Virus record (IMG/VR): IMGVR_UViG_3300028048_001412 | Span: 1-45,857 of that record | DNA length: 45,857 nucleotides | From: a virus | Taxonomy: Duplodnaviria > Heunggongvirae > Uroviricota > Caudoviricetes | Direction: 5' to 3' (one strand) | In this document: positions 29,032 to 39,103 of the stretch, piece by piece | How positions within the stretch are numbered: position 1 is the first letter of the stretch | Layout of the letters: every line of letters starts with the position of its first letter | Position numbers and translations under genes: made by a program | Notes under the pieces: model-generated | The model's input: only the letters and a program-made list of their open reading frames with translations | Told to the model about the DNA's origin: nothing | Databases searched by the model: none

Positions 29032-29505
29032 TTATATTTTAATTTTATCTGGTAATATTTTTATTCCTGTTCTTTCTTTAATTCCCGCATTTTCAGCCCA
29101 TCTAACAGCCGCATAAGGAGGATTTAAATCATGTAATCCTTTACTATGAGCATACATATGATTAAATGGATATTTTTCTATTATTTTTTTACTAGATAAT
29201 CCTGTATATGCTTGCAAATAAGTATAAAATTCTCCTATCCAAGCACATAATATAGGGTCATATTGTAAACCATTATGTTTTTTTAATCTAATATTTTTTT
29301 TATTTAATTCTTCTGATATTTTTCTTTTTTGTTCCCACGCCAATGAAGTAGCTTCTCTTGCATTTCTTTTATCACAAGCTTTTCTAAAATTAGAATTCAT
29401 ATAAAAAGGAACAAAATCATTCATGTCATAATGATCACTATCATATTTTTCAAACACTAATCCAGTCTCTTCTGCTAAATCATTTAAATATAAATCTTCT
29501 CTCAT
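29032..29505 (-). CDS. Putative antitoxin/partner of the DUF3990 protein
   Basis: WIGEFYTYLQAYTGLSSKKI...GLHDLN resembles partners found next to DUF3990 genes; 4 nt downstream of it. Confidence 0.55.
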   Translation of the reverse strand: MREDLYLNDLAEETGLVFEKYDSDHYDMNDFVPFYMNSNFRKACDKRNAREATSLAWEQKRKISEELNKKNIRLKKHNGLQYDPILCAWIGEFYTYLQAYTGLSSKKIIEKYPFNHMYAHSKGLHDLNPPYAAVRWAENAGIKERTGIKILPDKIKI

Positions 29506-29509
29506 AATT

Positions 29510-30439
29510 TTAATCCTTTATATAATTAGAAAAAACATCCGATAAATCATTTTCATCAGAATATTCTATTTTATTTAATTCTTCTCTTGCTTTTTTATCT
29601 CTTAAATTATATTTTGCATTATATATTTCATATGAAACAGAAGATATAGGTTTATATTCTTTTTCTAATTTATCAAATGCTTTTTTACTTTTTATAAAAT
29701 ATTGTATTCCTAAATCTCCTAAATGAAAACATTTATTAATTAAGTTTCTATTTAAACCATCTCTTACAAATATTTTAGCAATTCTGAAATAAGATGAATC
29801 TGCTCTCCAGCCTCTTAATATATCATATTTATCCGTATTTATTTTGTATTTTTTAATAAATTTAGGAGTTAATAATTTATATCTTTGACTTTCATCTGCA
29901 TCTCTATGTGATAATAATTCAGCCATCCAGGCTAAATCTCCTTCTTTATCAAAATCTAAAATATTTAAATCAAATATATCTATTGATAATTTATATAAAT
30001 ATCCATCTTTCATTATATCATCATTTGCTACAGCCCATTCTTTCGCTAATTCAGGATATGGAGTTAAATATAAACCATTTCCATAATCATTATATTCTTT
30101 TCCTCCTAAATAAATAGGTCTTAATATAGGATTTTGAGAGCCGTGATATAAAGTTATAATATTATCTTCTTTAATTTTAAATCCTTTCTTTTTTAAAATA
30201 TTTTTAAACTCTTTCAAAGTAATATCTATTAAACATATTAATTGAGAAGAATTATTTTTTGAAGATAAATTATAAATTCCTTTTTGTATTTTATTAAAAT
30301 TACATTTCTTTGCTATTTCTTCATAAGTCATTGATTCTTTAATATTAAATGATTTTAATAAATTACAAATTTGCGATTTATCTATTATTTTAATTTCACC
30401 TGAATCTTTATTATAAATTAATGCTTGTGAGTCTTTCAT
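29510..30439 (-). CDS. DUF3990-family (ADP-ribosyltransferase-like) protein with the shared N-terminal 'tag' domain
   Basis: LYHGS, NDYGNGLYLT...LAKEWA, YDILRGWRADSSYF, LGDLGIQY...KSKKAF motifs begin after a ~93-aa N-terminal extension. Confidence 0.8.
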   Translation of the reverse strand: MKDSQALIYNKDSGEIKIIDKSQICNLLKSFNIKESMTYEEIAKKCNFNKIQKGIYNLSSKNNSSQLICLIDITLKEFKNILKKKGFKIKEDNIITLYHGSQNPILRPIYLGGKEYNDYGNGLYLTPYPELAKEWAVANDDIMKDGYLYKLSIDIFDLNILDFDKEGDLAWMAELLSHRDADESQRYKLLTPKFIKKYKINTDKYDILRGWRADSSYFRIAKIFVRDGLNRNLINKCFHLGDLGIQYFIKSKKAFDKLEKEYKPISSVSYEIYNAKYNLRDKKAREELNKIEYSDENDLSDVFSNYIKD

Positions 30440-30440
30440 A

Positions 30441-30803
30441 TTAAATCATTTCCAATGCTCTAAAATGAGAAGCAATAACTACACCTTTACCTGAATCTGT
30501 TATATAAAATAATCCATCTTTCTCTTGAATAAGTTCATTCTTAAGTAATTCTTCTAATATAATCTTACACATATCAATATCTATTCCTACATGAACTAAT
30601 AAATCTATATTTGTTCCTTGATTATTATTTGCTATAAATTGAAGAATAGTATATTGAAGTATTCCTTCTTTAGATAACATTAAGTTTATTCCTAGCATTA
30701 TATTTTTATTAGTCTTAATTTTAGTATTATAAGCTTCGTATTTTTGAATTACTGAATTGTTTTCTTTATTTTGTACTGCCATTTTGACTAAAATCTCCTT
30801 CAT
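30441..30803 (-). CDS. Winged-helix domain protein (possible regulator)
   Basis: ILQFI...IILEELLKNELIQEKDGLFYITDSGK wHTH pattern. First gene after a terminator. Exact start uncertain. Confidence 0.6.
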   Translation of the reverse strand: MKEILVKMAVQNKENNSVIQKYEAYNTKIKTNKNIMLGINLMLSKEGILQYTILQFIANNNQGTNIDLLVHVGIDIDMCKIILEELLKNELIQEKDGLFYITDSGKGVVIASHFRALEMI

Positions 30804-30910
30804 CTCTATATTTTTAATGCAATTTTCGATCTTATTTTCTGTATATTATTATAATATTGTTTGCTCGAAACTTATATAAAATATATTATAATTTGTAATT
30901 TTCAGTATTT

Positions 30911-30950
30911 ATAAATAAAATAAGGCCATTATTTTATATAATGGCTTTAT
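30911..30950 (-). terminator. Intrinsic terminator after the Tad/lipoprotein operon
   Basis: Minus strand GCCATTAT-ataaa-ATAATGGC followed by CTTATTTTATTT. Confidence 0.7.
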
Positions 30951-30984
30951 CTTGTACTTTTTATATGAAATTCATTATTCATTT

Positions 30985-32220
30985 TTAATCTTGTATCCAA
31001 ACACCATTTCTATCTACTCTAAATCCATCAGGAGTAGTAGTATTTCTTAAAATCTTACCGTTTTTATCTCTATATTTGTAATTTCCTTGACTATCTGTAA
31101 ACCATCCATATTCTTTATTATCTTCTTCCATCTCTGGTAATTTACTAGCTTCAGAAGAAGTTGAAATAGTAGTTTCATCTATAATAGGATATTTAATAAT
31201 ATTTAAAGTATAATTAGAATTTATTATATCATATTGTTCATATACAGCATAATATACTTTTAATGCATCAGTTAAATCTGCTTCTATATCAATTACTAAA
31301 TTATCATCTTCATCTTGAGATACTTTAATATCAAATTCAAATGAGGCTTTTAAAGGATCAATTTCTAAAGTTTTTTCTGTAGTTACACCTTTTTCAATAA
31401 ATTCTCTAGTAATTCTAACTTTGTTATCTTTTAATGTTTTTATGCCTGTATTATCTACTGTATTCCAAGTAAGAAAATCTCTTAAAGTCGCTTTTCCTCT
31501 ACCTTTAAAATCCAAATCATTATTATAATAATAAAATCTATTTACATTAAGAAAATCTAATTCTTTAACTCCTACAAAATCTACTATATCTTTAGAATCT
31601 TCTTTATATTCTATTCCTTCCCATTCTAATTGAACAGGTTTCTTTTTTTCTCTAGTATAAAATGTTCCTTTTTGAACTTCTAAATTTGCTTTATCTTTAT
31701 ATTTAATAGCAGTTACATTTCTATTAAAACTATTTTGTCCTACTGTTCTTTGTGAATCTCTATAATATTGATCTGCTTTTCTTACAGTATCTACAGTTTC
31801 ATCTAAATAAACGCCATTTAATTGTAACTCACTAATATTAGTATAATTAAATATTAGATGTTCTTTCATTCTATAATCTTTAAATTCATACTTAAGTTTT
31901 TGAGAAACCATTTCTGCTAATTCTTTATAATTTATAATAGAATGAGAACCATCTTCATTTTTCAAATCTATTACATCATCTTCTTTGACAAAATCTTCTT
32001 TTTGCCCATTATTAGAATTGTCTTTAGTTTGCAAAGAAGCTTTAGAAGCATAATACTTAATATTTTGAACATCAGTATCTATCTCTTCTTTTTTAGTTTC
32101 ATATTCATATTTAGTATAATCCGTTTTCCTTAAAGATTCTTCTTTATATTGACATCCAAATAAAGTCAATATAGTAAGGCTCAATATGAAAACTATTTTT
32201 AGAAATTTAATGAATTTCAC
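30985..32220 (-). CDS. Lipoprotein with C-terminal cell-wall-binding module
   Basis: Lipobox LTLFGC; C-terminal GWFTDSQGNYKYRDKNGKILRNTTTPDGFRVDRNGVWI. Confidence 0.82.
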   Translation of the reverse strand: MKFIKFLKIVFILSLTILTLFGCQYKEESLRKTDYTKYEYETKKEEIDTDVQNIKYYASKASLQTKDNSNNGQKEDFVKEDDVIDLKNEDGSHSIINYKELAEMVSQKLKYEFKDYRMKEHLIFNYTNISELQLNGVYLDETVDTVRKADQYYRDSQRTVGQNSFNRNVTAIKYKDKANLEVQKGTFYTREKKKPVQLEWEGIEYKEDSKDIVDFVGVKELDFLNVNRFYYYNNDLDFKGRGKATLRDFLTWNTVDNTGIKTLKDNKVRITREFIEKGVTTEKTLEIDPLKASFEFDIKVSQDEDDNLVIDIEADLTDALKVYYAVYEQYDIINSNYTLNIIKYPIIDETTISTSSEASKLPEMEEDNKEYGWFTDSQGNYKYRDKNGKILRNTTTPDGFRVDRNGVWIQD

Positions 32221-32237
32221 ACAATCACCATCCTATT

Positions 32238-34298
32238 TTATTTATTATTTTTAGAATCATCCTCTTTAGTATTATCTATAAATGTGGATAATACTTGTTG
32301 GATATCTTCTTTACGATCTAAAGTTTGTTCATTTAATGTTTTGAACTCATCAATCAACCACTTATTATCAAATTTATTATATACAATATATACTTGCCAT
32401 AAATCAGCGTATTTTTTATTATCAAAAGTAAATAATAATCTACATACTAATTCTACTTGATCTTGATTGCCAGTAATGAATTGTACAGGCTTGCTAAATA
32501 CTTCCCAATTTACTTTATCACCATATCTTAAAACTTCATTTCCTAATAAAGTAATAGTATCTTCATAATCTGAATTAGATAAAATAGTTTTATCAGTACT
32601 AAATCTTGATCTTAATCCCCAATGTTCTCTACCTTCAGAATCAGTAACTGCTTTATTATTTTGACCCTCAACTAATTTATCATTCATATATCTATAATTA
32701 AGAGCTTTACATAATTTATTTAATTCGTTTTCAATTTCTGCTTTTATACTATTTTCAATATCTGTTTTTAAATCTTGTCTTTCTATAGATAATATTTTTT
32801 CAGTAGCACCATTAATTGTATCTAATTCCGGTATTCTTAAACAATGTAATTCTTGTGGATAAGCATCGATTATTTTAAAAGTTCCATTTTCTACAGAAAT
32901 TCTTAATAACCATTTTCTATAATATTTACCCGGATTACCCCATATGCCTTTAGGTAATTCACAAGTAATTTGACCCATTCTAATTAAATAAGTAGAGCCT
33001 TCTCTTTTAAGAATTTCTTCTATCCACATATCATTAATAGAAACATCTACTGATTCTCTATTTAATAAAAAGAATATTCCTAAATCTTGAGGAGATATTA
33101 AATCACCTGAAGTTAATCTTGAAATATCTCTATTACTATATGCTCTATAAAAATCTTCTACACATTTAGTTAATTCTGTTTCTGTAAATTTATTAGTATA
33201 ATCTTTAACTGCTTTATCTTGAGCTATATCTAAAGTAGTTATTTCCATTGGAAAAGCAGTTAAATAATTAAAGTTAGTTCCATCTTCATTTCTTTGGAAT
33301 ATAAACATTAATTTGATTCTAGGTTTTACTTTATGAACATCTTTCATAGTAGAACCCCAATCATATAATTTATATCCTTTATAAGTTCCATCATCCTTTA
33401 TCTTAAATAATGCTTGTGGATTTGGAATTATTGAAAAATAATCTCTAGATATACCTACAATATCATTTAAATCTTCTGCATTATACATTAATTTACGAAC
33501 TTTTCTATTATAAGCATCTCTACTTTCTTCATCTATTTTTTCATCATCTTGAATTTCTTTTAATATATTTTCATTTTGTTGATCTAATTCATATTGCGCT
33601 GATAAATCTTGAGTAACTTCTGAACTTGAAGCTTCACCTACTTCATTAGTAAAGAAATCAGAAAATAAATAATCTTCATCTAATTCTACTCTATAATCTA
33701 TATTTTCTATTTCTTCATCTAAATCATCTAGCCCAACAGTTCTTCTATAAGTATTAATTGTTTGAATTAAAGTTTTTAAATATATATCATCTACTACTAA
33801 TTCACCATTTTCATTCCAATTTATTGCACCATATATTCCAATATAATTTGCAGGTTTTTTAAATTCAGCAGGTTCATTAGTATTAGGAATTAAAGTAGCA
33901 TCAATTTGAACATAATAATTACTTCTATTTTTATAGAAACTTTTCTTAATAGTATTTTTATCTATTTGCCAAGGATCTAATAAATAGTTAAAATAATTAT
34001 GTTCAGAATCTAATCCACTATATCCTATCTTTAAGAATAAATTATTTAATTCTTCATCTACTCTTTGAGATAATAAAGATTTTTGCTCATTATCTACATC
34101 ATATAATTCTATAATATGAGGAATTAAATTTCTTCTCATATTTAATTTGGTCTTATATTCCGCATCTAAAACTTTTATATATTCAATTTCTGACATATAA
34201 GGACTATTAGTATATTTAATACTTCTTTCAGGAACACATCCGGTTAAAGATACTAATAATAAAGATATTAAACTTATAATTGATATATATTTCTTCAT
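32238..34298 (-). CDS. Large lipoprotein, possibly with NTF2-like folds
   Basis: Lipobox VSLTGC. Two segments end in ...ENGTFKIID / ...FDNKWLIDE, as NTF2-like domains do (inference). Confidence 0.75.
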   Translation of the reverse strand: MKKYISIISLISLLLVSLTGCVPERSIKYTNSPYMSEIEYIKVLDAEYKTKLNMRRNLIPHIIELYDVDNEQKSLLSQRVDEELNNLFLKIGYSGLDSEHNYFNYLLDPWQIDKNTIKKSFYKNRSNYYVQIDATLIPNTNEPAEFKKPANYIGIYGAINWNENGELVVDDIYLKTLIQTINTYRRTVGLDDLDEEIENIDYRVELDEDYLFSDFFTNEVGEASSSEVTQDLSAQYELDQQNENILKEIQDDEKIDEESRDAYNRKVRKLMYNAEDLNDIVGISRDYFSIIPNPQALFKIKDDGTYKGYKLYDWGSTMKDVHKVKPRIKLMFIFQRNEDGTNFNYLTAFPMEITTLDIAQDKAVKDYTNKFTETELTKCVEDFYRAYSNRDISRLTSGDLISPQDLGIFFLLNRESVDVSINDMWIEEILKREGSTYLIRMGQITCELPKGIWGNPGKYYRKWLLRISVENGTFKIIDAYPQELHCLRIPELDTINGATEKILSIERQDLKTDIENSIKAEIENELNKLCKALNYRYMNDKLVEGQNNKAVTDSEGREHWGLRSRFSTDKTILSNSDYEDTITLLGNEVLRYGDKVNWEVFSKPVQFITGNQDQVELVCRLLFTFDNKKYADLWQVYIVYNKFDNKWLIDEFKTLNEQTLDRKEDIQQVLSTFIDNTKEDDSKNNK

Positions 34299-34351
34299 AT
34301 CATTTAAATACTTATAAAAGTATATTACTCCTTGTTTATTTTAAATAGAGT

Positions 34352-35182
34352 TTATTGTCCTGCAGGACCAATTACTTTTGATTTTTGTGCTTCTTGAGCG
34401 GCTATTTCAGCATTTATACTTTCTTGAATTCTTTGTGCTTCTTCAGCGGCAGCTCTTTTTGCTTCTTCTTCTCTCTTTGCTTGAGCTTCTCTCCATTTTT
34501 TAGCTTCTTCTTCTTTCTTTTTCTTTTCTTCTTCTAATATTCTTGCTTCTTCTTCAGCTTGTTTTTCTGATTCTTCTTGTAATTTTCTTTCTTCATCCAA
34601 TTTGGCTTGTAATTCTTTTTGTCTTTCAATATATTCATTATTTATTTTTTGAAGAAATTCAATATCTCTTACATATGAAGTAAATTCACCTTCATAAGCA
34701 ATTTCATAATTAACAAGAGCTTTATCTCCTCTCTTCCATTCTAATGAATAAGGAACTACTAATTCATATGTTCCTGGTAATCCTGATATTGAACCTTTAA
34801 TTTTAGTTGCTAATACAGTAATATCACCATCTTTTTGAGTAGCATCTTGAACATAATCACAATTAAATACTACATTCTCATGTCTATCATATTCCAATTC
34901 ATTATAGTTGATATCATCTTCCATTATTTGAATCTTTTGTTTAGATTCTCCATTTGATGAACTTGGAACATTATCATTAGAAGCAACTTCTTTATTAGAT
35001 GAATCATCCACTAAAAGTTCAGATAAAATATCATCATCTGTCTTTTTAGTACTATCTTCTTTTTTAGTAGTTACTTCTTTTTGAGTGTTATTAGTTTTTG
35101 GAGTAGCTTTTTTATTACTACAACCTGTAATTACTAATAATCCTAAAGTTACAACTAATACTGCTTTAATAATTTTTTTCAT
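34352..35182 (-). CDS. Lipoprotein with C-terminal charged coiled coil
   Basis: GAGGTG RBS; lipobox LVITGC; E/K/A-rich helix; ends VIGPAGQ. Confidence 0.8.
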   Translation of the reverse strand: MKKIIKAVLVVTLGLLVITGCSNKKATPKTNNTQKEVTTKKEDSTKKTDDDILSELLVDDSSNKEVASNDNVPSSSNGESKQKIQIMEDDINYNELEYDRHENVVFNCDYVQDATQKDGDITVLATKIKGSISGLPGTYELVVPYSLEWKRGDKALVNYEIAYEGEFTSYVRDIEFLQKINNEYIERQKELQAKLDEERKLQEESEKQAEEEARILEEEKKKKEEEAKKWREAQAKREEEAKRAAAEEAQRIQESINAEIAAQEAQKSKVIGPAGQ

Positions 35183-35236
35183 ATAATATCACCTCGAAAT
35201 TATAATATATTATTTTACTTATATAAGATCATAAAC

Positions 35237-36694
35237 TTACAATTTTTTACCGGTGTAAGTTTCTTCTTCTGCTATTTTTTGTTGAACGAAATTTAATTCA
35301 TCCCTTGAAATACCTTTTCTAAATAATAATTCAAGTAATTGTGGAGATAAAGTTCCAACTTGTTTATGAGTTCCTATTATTTCAGATATTTTACCTTTTT
35401 TATCTTTTTTAATATCTTGTAATTCATATTTATATATTGGATTTAATATTGGTCTTGCTCCTTCATGTCCAATTACTTCTGTAATTCCTAATACTTTTCT
35501 TACTGAATCACCTATAAATCCTTGATGAATTATTACTTTTATAAAGAAAGTAACATCTTTAAGTCCTACTTCATATTGTTGTCCTGTAATTGAAATTAAT
35601 CTATTTGTGAATATAGAACAAGCTTCTTCTGGTGAACCTGCGTGGAAACTTGTATTAACACTATGTCCGGTTTGTCCTATAATAAATGCATTATAAAATT
35701 CTCTATTTTCTCTTATTTCGTTTATTGAAACTATTGATGGTGAATTTCTTAAAGTATGATTCAAAAAGTTTTCTATTGTATTTGTATAAGAAACTCCTGT
35801 TTTACTTTGTTCATTTTCTGCTTCCCAAATAAGAACGTCATTTAATAAGTTATGATCTTCATCATATTTTCTAAAATCATTTTCTACTGGATATTGAATA
35901 CTTATCATTCTTTTATTATTAGGAATAGTGTTTAATAATGTTTTTAAAAATGTTGTTTTCCCTGAGAAAACTTCTCCTACTACAACGAATGATATATTTG
36001 GAGCTATTATTTTACTTAATCTTGCCATATTATCAGATAAAGATTCTGCTTTAACTAATTCTCCTAATGTAAAGTCTTTATCTTCAAATTTTCTTATAGT
36101 AACATCTGAATAACCTTCAAGATCTTTAAATTTTGGCTTACCTATTGCTGAATAATGAGTTGCAGAAACACGATATCCTTCAATAGTTCTACCATTAACT
36201 AATTTATATTCTGCATTTAATCCCGTTTTAGAATCGACTATTAATTTATTTATATTATTACTTTGTTCTACAGGATCTTTAAATGCTAATTTCTTACCAT
36301 CATCTCCTATAGCAAAAGAAGATTTATTTTTTCTATCTACAATAATAATATTCTTACCATCAATTCTTATTTCATCAATAGTAGAATCTTGTAAATATTT
36401 TTCAAGAATACCTCTATTAAGAATATCATCCACAATAGTTCTAGTAAGATCATTTTTATTTATAGTTCCATCTTCTTTAACGTATCCAGGAACATTCCAT
36501 TTAGTAATATTTTTATCGATGTATTGTTTAATTTCTTCTTCCCAATACTCTTTACTTCTATTACTTTTATGTCCTTTAAGTTTATTTCTAATATATTCTC
36601 TTACTTGATCTTCAATTTTTGTTAATTCTATAACCTCAGAATCATCTAATATTTTAGGTAATTCTGCAAGGTCTCTTAAATCTTGAGCGTTCAA
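35237..36694 (-). CDS. tadA: TadA/CpaF-family pilus assembly ATPase
   Basis: GILEKYLQDSTIDEIRIDG, GYRVSATH, VTIRKF, Walker A GEVFSGKTT, LRNSPSIVSINEIR (Walker B), His box TGHSVNTSFHAGS, RKVLGITEV; AGGAGG RBS with TTG start. Confidence 0.9.
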   Translation of the reverse strand: MNAQDLRDLAELPKILDDSEVIELTKIEDQVREYIRNKLKGHKSNRSKEYWEEEIKQYIDKNITKWNVPGYVKEDGTINKNDLTRTIVDDILNRGILEKYLQDSTIDEIRIDGKNIIIVDRKNKSSFAIGDDGKKLAFKDPVEQSNNINKLIVDSKTGLNAEYKLVNGRTIEGYRVSATHYSAIGKPKFKDLEGYSDVTIRKFEDKDFTLGELVKAESLSDNMARLSKIIAPNISFVVVGEVFSGKTTFLKTLLNTIPNNKRMISIQYPVENDFRKYDEDHNLLNDVLIWEAENEQSKTGVSYTNTIENFLNHTLRNSPSIVSINEIRENREFYNAFIIGQTGHSVNTSFHAGSPEEACSIFTNRLISITGQQYEVGLKDVTFFIKVIIHQGFIGDSVRKVLGITEVIGHEGARPILNPIYKYELQDIKKDKKGKISEIIGTHKQVGTLSPQLLELLFRKGISRDELNFVQQKIAEEETYTGKKL

Positions 36695-36711
36695 ATATAT
36701 CCTCCTACAAA

Positions 36712-36960
36712 TTATAGAGCATTAAACTCTCTTTGTTTGGTTTTTATTTTTTTATCTATAAGATTGATACAATATTCATTAAAAGCTTGCATTTCTTCAT
36801 CTGTAAACATTACTTGTAATGGTTTTTCAAATAGTGTTTCAGGAAAAGTAGTACTTATTACTTCCTCTTCCTTGTCTTCATAAAATATTGCTCTTTTATT
36901 TTCTAGTTTTTCAATATCCTTTGCTAATTTATTTGCTTTTTCTAATGTTTCCGCTTTCAA
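36712..36960 (-). CDS. Small hypothetical coiled-coil protein inside the Tad locus
   Basis: 82-aa ORF, TTG start with GGTG RBS, fits operon spacing. Confidence 0.6.
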   Translation of the reverse strand: MKAETLEKANKLAKDIEKLENKRAIFYEDKEEEVISTTFPETLFEKPLQVMFTDEEMQAFNEYCINLIDKKIKTKQREFNAL

Positions 36961-36986
36961 ATACTTTCACCATCCTTATATACTAT

Positions 36987-38297
36987 TTAATGAATTATAC
37001 AATAATGTAAATTTTGAGCGAATCCTAATACTGTATCTTTTCCATCACCTAGATATTTTGAATCATTATTATTTGTATGTCTAAATTTTGTATTATCTTC
37101 TGATTGTCTATTTCCCATTCCATCTTTAGTATTTCCTATAGTAAATCTTCCTTCATTATTTCCACCCATAAATACTTCATTTGATTTGAATTCTGTTTTA
37201 GTGGATTGCATAGTAGTTACTTTAGTTGAATTATCTATTTTAATATTTATAGGATTTTGATAATCTGGTAAAAATGGAATTGCATCTGTAAATACTGAAT
37301 AAGTTAAATGATTATCTCCTGACATCAATCCTAATACCATATTTATTGGTAAAATACCTTCGTATGAAATAGGAACTGTCCAATTAACATCATATAAAAT
37401 CTTAAATCTTCTTATATCATTTGGATTATTTTCTATTTTATTTCTATCTAAATATCCCTGATATTCATAATCAGAAACATCATCTTGTTTGAAAATAATT
37501 CCTGTCCAATCCATTAATTCTAATCTTTGATCATCATCTAACAAATCATAAAATCTAACATTTTTAGTATAATTTATATCAACTGTTATTTCATTATAAT
37601 AAACTCTAAATCCATACCATTTAACATAATCTCTACCTTCTTCATCTTTAAAAAATCTATCTCTTTTAGTATAATCTTTAGAATTTACTGAAATAACTGA
37701 TAATTCATTTACTAATTTCCATCTAAATATTTTTTGTAATATATCTTTATCCAAATAAGTAAATCCTAAATTTAAAGGTGTTACATATTGAGAATTTCCT
37801 TTAAATATTTCAGTAGGATCATTATAACTATTTAATGTATTATATAATAAATTATAAGTTAAATTTTTATCTTTATCAAAGTCTGATGCTTCGTCTAATT
37901 TTGAATCTAGCCAATTTATATAATCTTTTGCATGTTCTGAATGAACTCCGTCTATAAATAAATCATTATATACTTCTTCTTCATTTGCTCCATCATAGAA
38001 TTTACCTGAAACTTTAGTTCTTCCATGTGTATCTTTAATTCCATAACTATTACCAAAAGATAAATCTACATTTTTAGAATCAATAGTTGCTGAACTTCCT
38101 CTATAAGATTCTTTTGAAAAAAATCTACAAGAATTTTCCATAATAGTTCTAGACATGTGAGCCAATTGTAAAGTTCTTTTAGTAACATTGAAATATTCAA
38201 AAGCTACTACAAATATAACACAAAAGAGAATAGTTCCTAATAATATTTTAAAGGTTACTGGAATTATATTACTGCCATCACCTTGTAAAGCTCTCAT
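36987..38297 (-). CDS. Large pilin-like protein (TadG-like position)
   Basis: Short leader ending GDGS, a single N-terminal TM, then a soluble domain; Tad context. Confidence 0.6.
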   Translation of the reverse strand: MRALQGDGSNIIPVTFKILLGTILFCVIFVVAFEYFNVTKRTLQLAHMSRTIMENSCRFFSKESYRGSSATIDSKNVDLSFGNSYGIKDTHGRTKVSGKFYDGANEEEVYNDLFIDGVHSEHAKDYINWLDSKLDEASDFDKDKNLTYNLLYNTLNSYNDPTEIFKGNSQYVTPLNLGFTYLDKDILQKIFRWKLVNELSVISVNSKDYTKRDRFFKDEEGRDYVKWYGFRVYYNEITVDINYTKNVRFYDLLDDDQRLELMDWTGIIFKQDDVSDYEYQGYLDRNKIENNPNDIRRFKILYDVNWTVPISYEGILPINMVLGLMSGDNHLTYSVFTDAIPFLPDYQNPINIKIDNSTKVTTMQSTKTEFKSNEVFMGGNNEGRFTIGNTKDGMGNRQSEDNTKFRHTNNNDSKYLGDGKDTVLGFAQNLHYCIIH

Positions 38298-39058
38298 TAC
38301 TCTTCTTCTCCTGTTGCTATATTATAATATCTTTCTTGATCAAGATCTGGATAAAATTCATCACAAATAACAGGTTTCATTCCAAATAATCTTAACCCAT
38401 TATTAGTAGATTCATTATCAGTATTAACCGCATAAGTATCTTTATCTATATCCTCATTAAATCTTTTTCTTGCATCTTTATATGTATCATATGAAGGTTT
38501 TCCATTAGTTCTAAAATCTAATCCTCCTGCATAACTTCCCATTGCAAATCTATCATCCCAGAAAGGTAATGGAATTAAGAAATGATATTCAAATACAATG
38601 CCTGCATATAATATTTCACCAGCTTGTTTTTTATGTTTAACTCCTGATTCTCCTATAAAATATCCCGGTCCATTTTCATCTGTTAAAGAATCAGTTTTGA
38701 AATCTTCTAATTTAGAAGCTTCTCTATAACCATGTCCTTCAGAATCCCATACAGCTATTTGCATATTAGTAACAACTCTATTAATTCCTGGCAAAGTTAT
38801 TCCAAATTCACCTTCATCTTTTTCAGTATTCTGCATCATATCATCAACTAAATTTTGAATAACTTTATAATCGTGAGCTGGTAAATAATTATGTAACTGT
38901 ACTGAATTTTGAACCAATGAAGCTATAGTACTTGCTTTTTGATAAAAAGTTATCCAAAGAAAGAAGTTCAAAATTATATAGAAAATGATTATAGACATAA
39001 AGAGTTTAATGAAAAACCCAGCGACTTTAGGAACTATATCACCATTTTCAAATCCCAT
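38297..39058 (-). CDS. Pilin-like protein (TadE/F-like)
   Basis: MGFENG leader + TM + amphipathic helix; Tad context; AAGGAG RBS. Confidence 0.6.
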   Translation of the reverse strand: MGFENGDIVPKVAGFFIKLFMSIIIFYIILNFFLWITFYQKASTIASLVQNSVQLHNYLPAHDYKVIQNLVDDMMQNTEKDEGEFGITLPGINRVVTNMQIAVWDSEGHGYREASKLEDFKTDSLTDENGPGYFIGESGVKHKKQAGEILYAGIVFEYHFLIPLPFWDDRFAMGSYAGGLDFRTNGKPSYDTYKDARKRFNEDIDKDTYAVNTDNESTNNGLRLFGMKPVICDEFYPDLDQERYYNIATGEEE

Positions 39059-39103
39059 TCTTTACTCCTTTCTTTAGATAAATAATCATCTCTAGTAATA
39101 AAA

